From Spirochaetia bacterium (GTDB taxonomy: Bacteria > Spirochaetota > Spirochaetia > DSM-16054 > Sediminispirochaetaceae), in assembly GCA_034520965.1 (NCBI GenBank), contig JAXHMY010000002.1, positions 512,001-576,000 on the forward strand: a DNA stretch of 64,000 bases. The letters are read 5' to 3'. Below, piece after piece: positions 56,975-64,000 of the stretch; positions within the stretch are counted from its first letter, which is position 1, and each line of letters opens with the position of its first letter. A program made the position numbers and the translations under genes. Under the pieces are notes generated by a model. It did no database searches. It worked only from the letters and a program-made list of their open reading frames with translations, and was not told the DNA's origin.

Positions 56975-58234
56975 TTACAGTTCGACCTTCGGTGGTTTCG
57001 CACCGCCCTCCCACAACTGGTCATCCTTCTCTGTAAAGGGACGACCATAGACATGGTCAAATAGAAACCGGAAGTCCTCCGGCTGGATCTCCATAAACTG
57101 CAAGCCAAAATAGGTCATCCCGTCAATCTCATACCGCCGCATCACCCGCCCGCTTACATGAATTGCCCGTTTCTCAATGTGCAGCAGCAGATCAAGATCG
57201 GTCAAAAGTCCTATCGCCCGGGTCAGTTCTCCTGAAGGATAAGAAAAAAGGATTCCCGAGGCACTGATATTGATAATCTCCGCATTAAAATGCTTTTTTT
57301 CCTGTTTTTCACTTTGGAAATAGCCGTTCTCTTTCAGTGCATAGGCAAGCACATAGGAAAACTCTAGGGCAAAATCAAGTGTATCCAAGGTAAACGGGCG
57401 TTTGCGCTTGTGGGTGTTGCTCAGATATACATAACCGATTACATACTGCAGGTACATAATAGGACTATAGATCTCGCAAAAGGTTCCGCTGCTGCTCTTT
57501 TCTTTGAAATACTCCTGTACCTGCTGTCGATTCATACCCATAAAGCTCCCTTCCTGCTGAGTGGGATCTGGAAACATACTCTGGGTGATAATGGGATGCT
57601 GCACAATCTGGCCCTTCCTGGGCAATCCGCGATCAAGCTGGGGTATAAACAAGCTCTTGCCTGTATCGGCAATTAACTGTTCCTCAAAACCGTTTGGCTG
57701 ACGGTTTCGAAACATCACTATGTTATTATGTTCCGACATTCCCTGGGCTTTCTCCCGGAACTGCGCGATAAGTGATTGGATTTCATCAGTGTCGAAATAC
57801 TCGGATATCAACGGTTCATCAACTTCGCGATACTCGCGGGAGCGCGGAAAACTAAGCTCGACGGTCACGTCCTTATACTCAAAGCTCATAGAAAGCCCTT
57901 CCGGACTTGGAATACGTTCAAATTTTCTTTCAAGATTTTTCACCAAGCCCGGGGGAACAGCCACCTGGAGAGTCCTTCCCGGTTGAAGCACTTTGGTCTC
58001 AAACATCATGGTATGGCCGAAGTAGGAAAAATACACCCGTACCTGCTCTTTCCGCTTAAACAACTTCCCTTCATCAGTCTCACAGCGGATAGACAGTGCA
58101 TCACCTTCACTTTCTACCGCAGTACCCTTCACCTGATGTTCCTGACCATGGACATCCATCGGCATGTTCTGATCGCAGAGTACCCCAATTACATATTGCT
58201 GCTCAATTCTTCCTACTTTTTCACCCATACTCAT
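56975..58234 (-). CDS. Multi-domain PilZ protein (N-terminal PilZN-like, GAF-like middle, C-terminal PilZ)
   Basis: ERKFERI (RxxxR), PIMYLQYVIGYV, NISASG, V.GRVMR..YFGLQF. Confidence 0.78.
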   Translation of the reverse strand: MSMGEKVGRIEQQYVIGVLCDQNMPMDVHGQEHQVKGTAVESEGDALSIRCETDEGKLFKRKEQVRVYFSYFGHTMMFETKVLQPGRTLQVAVPPGLVKNLERKFERIPSPEGLSMSFEYKDVTVELSFPRSREYREVDEPLISEYFDTDEIQSLIAQFREKAQGMSEHNNIVMFRNRQPNGFEEQLIADTGKSLFIPQLDRGLPRKGQIVQHPIITQSMFPDPTQQEGSFMGMNRQQVQEYFKEKSSSGTFCEIYSPIMYLQYVIGYVYLSNTHKRKRPFTLDTLDFALEFSYVLAYALKENGYFQSEKQEKKHFNAEIINISASGILFSYPSGELTRAIGLLTDLDLLLHIEKRAIHVSGRVMRRYEIDGMTYFGLQFMEIQPEDFRFLFDHVYGRPFTEKDDQLWEGGAKPPKVEL

Positions 58235-58312
58235 CGCCCCCTTTTTTTAATAGTTTCGCGTGCCGCTTCGCAACAACCGAAACGACGAAAATAGCCGGAT
58301 ACGGCCATTTTC

Positions 58313-59113
58313 TTAATAGTGAAAATAGCCGTAATTCTCCGGAAAATCGTTATATTCGGGTGGTACGTACTCTTCTTGCAAGCGACCTGCATCAAATTCA
58401 ATCGCCTGCATGGTCCATTTGTCCACGGCAAACACTGCAACCGCGTTTCCGGCCCCCCGTCCAAGCTGAGCAATTACCCGAAAATCAAAGCGGGCTGTGG
58501 CATCCTCCACATGAATCGTCCCAATGCGAAATTCCTCTATTTGGACATCTTCAGTCTCCCATGCCTTCACCTGTACAGGCAAGCTATCCTGAGCAGTGGA
58601 TGAACTCAACTGTTTCAGTATATCAACCTCGCCCTCAAAGGCAGCTCTTAGAAAGCGCTCAGCCAGAGCAGCCACTTTCTCATTATCGGTTTTAGCCTCG
58701 GAACCACCATCATAGCTCTCGTAAGATGCTAATTTCCCAATAATCAGATCGAAGGGGTAACGAGATTTCGAACCGAACCGCTCAAGAAAAGCTGCATTAC
58801 GCTGCAAGACAGCCGAGGGCTCGGCCACCCTTACCTCCGCATCGGATTCTGCAGGACCGCTTTCCCCTGCCCTTTCCTCTTCTGTTTCCTCTTCTCCGAA
58901 AATCAGCGTACGCTCGGGTTTATCGACCTTTTTAGTGCTGTCCCCCTGCACGCTTTCGGTGTTCACGCTGTTCTGTTGCTCTTTAGGGCGGGCAGTGCCG
59001 GTTTCCGGGAGGGACTCTTCACTTTTGCTGCAAGACAAAAAGGTCCAGGCAAAAACCACGGCCAGCAGCAGAAGCAGGAACATATCAAAAGACTTTATAA
59101 TAAACTGTTTCAT
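58313..59113 (-). CDS. Hypothetical lipoprotein
   Basis: Signal with FLSC lipobox followed by a charged low-complexity linker. Confidence 0.65.
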   Translation of the reverse strand: MKQFIIKSFDMFLLLLLAVVFAWTFLSCSKSEESLPETGTARPKEQQNSVNTESVQGDSTKKVDKPERTLIFGEEETEEERAGESGPAESDAEVRVAEPSAVLQRNAAFLERFGSKSRYPFDLIIGKLASYESYDGGSEAKTDNEKVAALAERFLRAAFEGEVDILKQLSSSTAQDSLPVQVKAWETEDVQIEEFRIGTIHVEDATARFDFRVIAQLGRGAGNAVAVFAVDKWTMQAIEFDAGRLQEEYVPPEYNDFPENYGYFHY

Positions 59114-59293
59114 ACTATGAATTACGCCCATCCCTTTATTACTTGGTATACGATGGATCGATTTTTGTCAAACGCTCACACAAAGCAGCAGCTCTCGGAA
59201 CTTCTTTCGACAGTTCCCAACGGCTCCTCCCGACGGCTATAGACAATCAAATTAAGAGTCGATAAACTGTTCAAACTTTTCTATGGGGATTAT

Positions 59294-60568
59294 ATGAGTC
59301 CGACTATACGCAATGCAATTTTCCGCCATTTGATCCACGACTATACAGAACCAATTCGTGATCCTCTGTGGCAGCACATCTATCTTTCCCCCGGGATCAA
59401 ACGGCTGGTTGCCCTTGATTCATTTCAGAAGCTCGGCCGGATTAAGCAACTGGGCCCGGCCTTTCACGTATATCCGGGGGCCGTACATACGCGACTCAAC
59501 CACAGTCTGGGCGTGTTTCACTTGTCACGACTGCTGCTGCTGGCCCTGCTGGAGCGAAGTGAAGAGCTGCCTCTTACCTTGGAAGGGGTTAAGGCTTTTT
59601 TAGCCGCTGCTTTGCTGCACGACCTTGGCCACTTTCCCTTTGCCCATTCGCTGAAAGAGCTCCCCTTAAAAGAACATGAACAGCTGACCGCGGAAGGGCT
59701 GCTCTCTGAACCGCTCGCCACCGCCCTTCGAGATTGGGTTGGCTGCAGTCCGGAGATGGTGGCTGCCATTGTTGATGAACATATGGACCTGCCCGAGGAG
59801 ACTGAGATACCCTTCTACCGCCGCCTGCTCTCCGGGGTACTGGATCCGGATAAGCTGGATTATCTGAACCGGGACGCCTTCTTCTGCGGAGTGCCCTACG
59901 GCATGCAGGATACGCAGTTTGTCCTGCACAAAATGCTGCCGCACCCGACGCTGGGAATTGCGGTGGAGGCGGACGGTGTGACCGCCGTAGAAAATGTGCT
60001 GTTCTCCAAATACCTCATGTACCGTACCGTATACTGGCACAGGGCAGTGCGAATCGCAACCGCGATGATTAAGCAGGCAGTCTATTCCGGAATGGTTGAT
60101 AAGAAATTTAAGGTCGAAGATCTCTACTGGCTGGATGACGAGGAGTTTTTCCGCAAATTTCCGGCCGATTCCTATGCCCCGTTTCAGCTGATAGAGCAGG
60201 TAGTCAACCGGCGGTTATATAAAACCGCCTTCGAGGCTCCATTTGACCCTCAAAACTTCACCCATACACGCCTTACTCAGCTTGAGGCCCGCAAGGTCGT
60301 TCAGGAGGAGATTGCCGGACGCCTGAGCTCGCAGCTAAAGAGAACTGTGCAGCCCTATGAGGTCCTAATCGATATACCCGAGCCGATTTCCTTTGAGGTT
60401 GATCTTCCCATCTACCAACAAGGAAGCTATGTACCCTTCACAGAATCCGGATCGGTGTTCAGCGGCCCGGTGGTCAAGGGCTTTACCGATTCCCTGCGGA
60501 AGCTGCGAATCTACCTTCCCTCCGAACTCACCCAGAAAGTACAGGAGCAGGATACAAAGCTGTTATGA
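59294..60568 (+). CDS. HD-domain phosphohydrolase (dNTP triphosphohydrolase-like)
   Basis: IRDPL, IKQLG..VYPGAVHTRLNHSLG, LLHDLGHFPFAH, LDPDKLDYL.RD, MYRTVYWH. Confidence 0.9.
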   Translation: MSPTIRNAIFRHLIHDYTEPIRDPLWQHIYLSPGIKRLVALDSFQKLGRIKQLGPAFHVYPGAVHTRLNHSLGVFHLSRLLLLALLERSEELPLTLEGVKAFLAAALLHDLGHFPFAHSLKELPLKEHEQLTAEGLLSEPLATALRDWVGCSPEMVAAIVDEHMDLPEETEIPFYRRLLSGVLDPDKLDYLNRDAFFCGVPYGMQDTQFVLHKMLPHPTLGIAVEADGVTAVENVLFSKYLMYRTVYWHRAVRIATAMIKQAVYSGMVDKKFKVEDLYWLDDEEFFRKFPADSYAPFQLIEQVVNRRLYKTAFEAPFDPQNFTHTRLTQLEARKVVQEEIAGRLSSQLKRTVQPYEVLIDIPEPISFEVDLPIYQQGSYVPFTESGSVFSGPVVKGFTDSLRKLRIYLPSELTQKVQEQDTKLL

Positions 60569-61314
60569 TTGAAGTCAGCGATTTAATGGAGGGGGCAATC
60601 CCTCCATGGGTCCGCCGTTTTGTGAAGTATACCGGCCGGGGAATCAACCACCACTCTATGATCAGGGAAAACGACTCGGTATTGATATCGGTCTCCGGTG
60701 GAAAGGATTCACTGGCCCTCAGTTTAGCCTTGGCCCTGCGAAAGCGCTGGCTGCCGATTGACTACCAGCTGCGGGCGCTGCACATTGACTGGGCCGAGTA
60801 CCCCATTCCTGATGATAAAATGGAGGCACTGCAGAAGTTTTTCCGGGAACTCAAAATTCCCTTTGAGACTAGCCGTTCTCACATGTTTGCCTCTGGATTT
60901 AAAGGAAAGTTTAACTGTTATCTCTGTTCGCGCAACCGCCGCAGGATTCTGTTTGAATATGCCCGCGACCACGATATATCGCTTATCGCGATGGGACATC
61001 ATATGGACGATATCGTTGAAACGACACTCATCAATTTGTGCTTCAGGGCTAAATTTGAATCGATGAAGCCGGTACAAGAATTTTTCGAGGGCAAACTGCA
61101 TGTAATTCGCCCAATGTGTGAGGTAAGGGAATCGAAAATCGAAAAAATTGCCCGGGAGGTTCGCATGCCGGTTGCCAAAGCCCCCTGCCCCTATGATAAA
61201 ACAAATATCCGTTCACAATTAAAACCAATTGTGTCAAAACTTTCTTCACTAGACCGTTATACCCGCGAACATATTTATGATGCTCTGAATTATACAAAAG
61301 ATGAGCCGAAATGA
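60565..61314 (+). CDS. ttcA: tRNA 2-thiocytidine biosynthesis TtcA-family protein
   Basis: PP-loop SGGKDS, CYLCSRNRR, GHHMDD, IRPM, PCP. Confidence 0.85.
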   Translation: MIEVSDLMEGAIPPWVRRFVKYTGRGINHHSMIRENDSVLISVSGGKDSLALSLALALRKRWLPIDYQLRALHIDWAEYPIPDDKMEALQKFFRELKIPFETSRSHMFASGFKGKFNCYLCSRNRRRILFEYARDHDISLIAMGHHMDDIVETTLINLCFRAKFESMKPVQEFFEGKLHVIRPMCEVRESKIEKIAREVRMPVAKAPCPYDKTNIRSQLKPIVSKLSSLDRYTREHIYDALNYTKDEPK

Positions 61315-61365
61315 CTTGCATCAAGCTGAATACTCACGTATTGTGAAATATAAGGACAGGACGAA

Positions 61366-61794
61366 ATGAAATACTCAAAAATAATGAAAGAGAGAATCAG
61401 GCGAGTACAAGTTTTGTTTAAGGAACTTGGCTATGACCTTTTCGACGAAGAGCGTCTAGAAGAGAGTTACAGTACCGCCTTCGTGCACTCCAATGGCCTG
61501 CAGGGTATGTTTTTTATAGAAAAAGAGAACCGCTTTTTAGAAGTGGTATATAATTTAACCTTCAGTTCACAGTTGGCAGAGTTTGTACAACACAAAATGC
61601 CGGAAGTGTTTGAAACCTGCTTTGAATACGGCTGTTATATGAGTACCTTTGCCGATGAGTACGCAATAAATATTTCTCTTTTCAGCAAAGTATACTTTTC
61701 CGGATTAAACTACTACAGTTTAAAGGACACAATGGCGGATTTTTACCGCTGCAGTACCGCGGTAAAAGAGTTAGTCAGTTTAACACACGGATAA
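61366..61794 (+). CDS. Hypothetical protein
   Basis: 142-aa ORF with SD-like AGGA, co-directional with its neighbours. Confidence 0.6.
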   Translation: MKYSKIMKERIRRVQVLFKELGYDLFDEERLEESYSTAFVHSNGLQGMFFIEKENRFLEVVYNLTFSSQLAEFVQHKMPEVFETCFEYGCYMSTFADEYAINISLFSKVYFSGLNYYSLKDTMADFYRCSTAVKELVSLTHG

Positions 61795-61805
61795 AGGGGC
61801 GGGCG

Positions 61806-62519
61806 ATGGATATTCACAACAGCATGGAAGAGTTTGTTTTTGAAACTGTAAATGATATATTCGAAGAAAAGGCTAAAAGTGGTTTCCCCCTGGCCCACTG
61901 TTATCAATGCCGACTCGATGTTGCCTGTTATGTGCTCAATCGTATCAAACCCGAATATATCATCTCCGGCCGCGGTTTAGCGCACTACGAAAGTGACTAT
62001 CAGGACCATCTGCAGACCAGTGCAGACATTGTTGCTCTGGTAAATGAGGGGCTGCGAAAAATAGACTCAAGACGGCGGCCCTACTACACAGACAGTCCGC
62101 AAGAGAAACCGGAGATTCCCGCAGGACCGGTGTATAACTTTCCGGCAATTATCGGCCGTATTCTGCACGGAACTACCTTTGAACCATTGATGAATATCAA
62201 TGTGGCGCTGCTGCGGGATAGCGGGGCGGTACCGATGATCGACTATACCTGGCAGAACCCCTATTTTATCGTCGAAAGTACCCGCGGCCACTTTACCTTT
62301 CTGCCCCATCCGGAAAAGGCGGAGAAGGCTGGAGAACAAAAGAGTTTTTCCTTTGAGGTGTATATTGATGTGGAAGGATTAAGTCCGCTGCAGCATTTTT
62401 TTGAAATGAAAATAACCGCTCAGGATGAGGTGCTGCATAACTTTTCGGCTCAGAATACCTACAAAATAGGAGAGCTGTACCTTTTTCCTGAGGATGTTCC
62501 CATGGAACAAAACGAGTAA
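61806..62519 (+). CDS. ComFB-domain protein with C-terminal extension
   Basis: IHNSMEE.V, HCYQCRLDVACYVLNRIKPEY. Confidence 0.82.
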   Translation: MDIHNSMEEFVFETVNDIFEEKAKSGFPLAHCYQCRLDVACYVLNRIKPEYIISGRGLAHYESDYQDHLQTSADIVALVNEGLRKIDSRRRPYYTDSPQEKPEIPAGPVYNFPAIIGRILHGTTFEPLMNINVALLRDSGAVPMIDYTWQNPYFIVESTRGHFTFLPHPEKAEKAGEQKSFSFEVYIDVEGLSPLQHFFEMKITAQDEVLHNFSAQNTYKIGELYLFPEDVPMEQNE

Positions 62520-62535
62520 GTAGCCTCGCGGAGGC

Positions 62536-62826
62536 TTATGAGTAGAACTCCGTATGAGTAACGATATCCTGCACCCGCCCCGGTACTTCCTGCTCAACAA
62601 ACAGAATCACCTTCTGAATTACCTCGTCACCGTATTTTTTAGAGTTACTGACAAGCCCCGCCCCTATCTGGGAAAAAGTGGTGGACTCATGCAAATCGAC
62701 CTCTGCGGCGGAGATTTTGAATTTGCTGTGGAGCCGCTGTTTAAGAGACTGAACTACTCTGCGTTTCTCCTTCAGATTGGTGGCATCGGGAAGGTATATA
62801 ATAAACTGTATTAAGCTTACAACCAT
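62536..62826 (-). CDS. DUF503 (YlxP-like) protein
   Basis: LKEKRRVVQSLKQRL..KF.ISAAEVD. Confidence 0.88.
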   Translation of the reverse strand: MVVSLIQFIIYLPDATNLKEKRRVVQSLKQRLHSKFKISAAEVDLHESTTFSQIGAGLVSNSKKYGDEVIQKVILFVEQEVPGRVQDIVTHTEFYS

Positions 62827-62828
62827 AC

Positions 62829-63947
62829 TTACTCTTCATCATTAAGGATATCTCCGATTGTATCGAGGCTCAGATCACTATGCAAGCGGTCTTCCTGGTG
62901 CTTCATTCGTTCTTTGAGGGGAAGATATTCCCGGTTGTACAACGCCGCGAGGCAATACACTTCATCATCCCTGTAACGGCTTGGTATTTCAACCTCCAGT
63001 TTGTAGCCGTTCTCGGCAAATCCGCGCCGCATAATATGCACCGGATCGCTGATGGTCAGGGCAAAGTGCGGACTGTAATACAGCAGTAACACCAGCACCA
63101 GCAGTACAATTAAGACAAAAAAGGCCAGACTTTGCTCGGCACGGTCAACTAACGTCGGTTTGAGTGAAAGAAAAAAGTCATAAGTGCCGATGTGCCGATA
63201 CTGATAATCGAAAGGCCCAAACATTGAACGGTAATAGCTGTTCTCATATCTGGAATACAGTGTCTCCTGCCCCTCTTTTATGATCAGCAGTGTGGGGAGT
63301 GCCTCTGCAAGCTGTCTACTGCCGGTACCCTGAAAGCGCTGCAGCACGCGGGTCTCGGTGGTTTCCAGTACTTCGGCTCTGCCCGGGGCAGCCGGAAGAG
63401 TAGGTTGAATCAGGCTGACCAGAAAGAGAGCGGCCACAGTTACCATTACGACTAAACTGGTGATTAGCGCTACATGTCGCTGTGCCATGACGGAACCGGT
63501 GTACTTTAACTTTTTGAACACCTTCAGAACCCTGAGCAGGCGCAGGATACGCGCCACTCGGATAGCCTTTGCAACTTTAAGCACATTAAACACCCCGCCC
63601 AGGCCGCTGAAGGTTCCGCCTCCCAGAAAAACTACCGCCATGAGGGGACCGCTGTGAAACAACAACAGCGGCACAGAGGCGAACAAGTCTATCCAGCCCT
63701 TTCGGTGCAGTAGATACTCGCCAGCTTCCCTGCGAAGGGCGGCGGAAAAGAACCGAATTAAAAACTCGAAGGTAAAAAACAGGTCGAAGCCGAAACCGCT
63801 GATCAAGAGGACTTTCCGGACATCCCAACTCCAGCCACCGATAAGAGCGGCATCCTCCAAAAAAGTCTGTATTAGTACCAGAAAGATTGCCAGGACTACT
63901 AGACCTTCGAAAAAACTGCGCATTTTCCCCTGTTCCACTGTTACCAT
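62829..63947 (-). CDS. Voltage-sensor-like (Ion_trans S1-S4) membrane protein with extracytoplasmic and HAMP-like regions
   Basis: S2 FDLFFTFEFLIRF, S3 GWIDLFASVP, S4 KAIRVARILRLLRVLKVFK; two further TMs, then TISDPV...DDEV..LA..YN. Confidence 0.75.
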   Translation of the reverse strand: MVTVEQGKMRSFFEGLVVLAIFLVLIQTFLEDAALIGGWSWDVRKVLLISGFGFDLFFTFEFLIRFFSAALRREAGEYLLHRKGWIDLFASVPLLLFHSGPLMAVVFLGGGTFSGLGGVFNVLKVAKAIRVARILRLLRVLKVFKKLKYTGSVMAQRHVALITSLVVMVTVAALFLVSLIQPTLPAAPGRAEVLETTETRVLQRFQGTGSRQLAEALPTLLIIKEGQETLYSRYENSYYRSMFGPFDYQYRHIGTYDFFLSLKPTLVDRAEQSLAFFVLIVLLVLVLLLYYSPHFALTISDPVHIMRRGFAENGYKLEVEIPSRYRDDEVYCLAALYNREYLPLKERMKHQEDRLHSDLSLDTIGDILNDEE

Positions 63948-64000
63948 CCCTGCTCGGCTGCAATTTTAAACAATTCATCGATCATTTTAATATCGTACCC
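63941..64000 (-). CDS. C-terminal end of an upstream gene (partial)
   Basis: Open frame GYDIKMIDELFKIAAEQGW* overlapping the next ATG (ATGGTAA). Confidence 0.45.
   Translation of the reverse strand, partial: GYDIKMIDELFKIAAEQGW

Noticed and set aside
59294..60568. HD dNTPase-like gene as an antiphage nucleotide-depletion system
   Set aside because: It overlaps ttcA in a housekeeping-like operon outside the accessory island; nothing supports a defence role.

Overview
The window looks like a spirochaete (Spirochaetia-like) chromosome segment. The assignment is inferred from the murG-cvpA-holB-histidine kinase-NtrC gene order, an orphan groES and long PilZ proteins. Many housekeeping genes carry single-base indels (murG, thiP, thiQ, htrA, comM, an AAA ATPase), most likely long-read consensus errors. 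The main result is a five-gene operon at 263-5527 encoding the archaeal route to coenzyme A in a bacterial background: pantoate kinase, phosphopantothenate synthetase, PanB, an MfnA-type PLP decarboxylase in place of PanD, and a CoaBC with an archaeal-style N-terminus. Other notable features: (1) an RpoS-like sigma factor with a consensus sigma54 promoter and candidate enhancer sites, 5 kb from an Hk2/Rrp2-like pair; (2) a TPP riboswitch-thiBPQ operon; (3) a decayed accessory island at ~30.05-35.45 kb with three tandem perfect hairpins, internally deleted hipA/yhcG/ORF6N/hsdM remnants and related palindromes inside ORF6N genes; (4) a two-gene SufCB (SMS-type) Fe-S system preceded by a 13-bp VNTR; (5) an unclassified IS with terminal inverted repeats and an apparent TA duplication; (6) a voltage-sensor-domain protein with no visible pore; (7) one tRNA(CAT). 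All family calls rest on motif recognition by eye; no searches were run.
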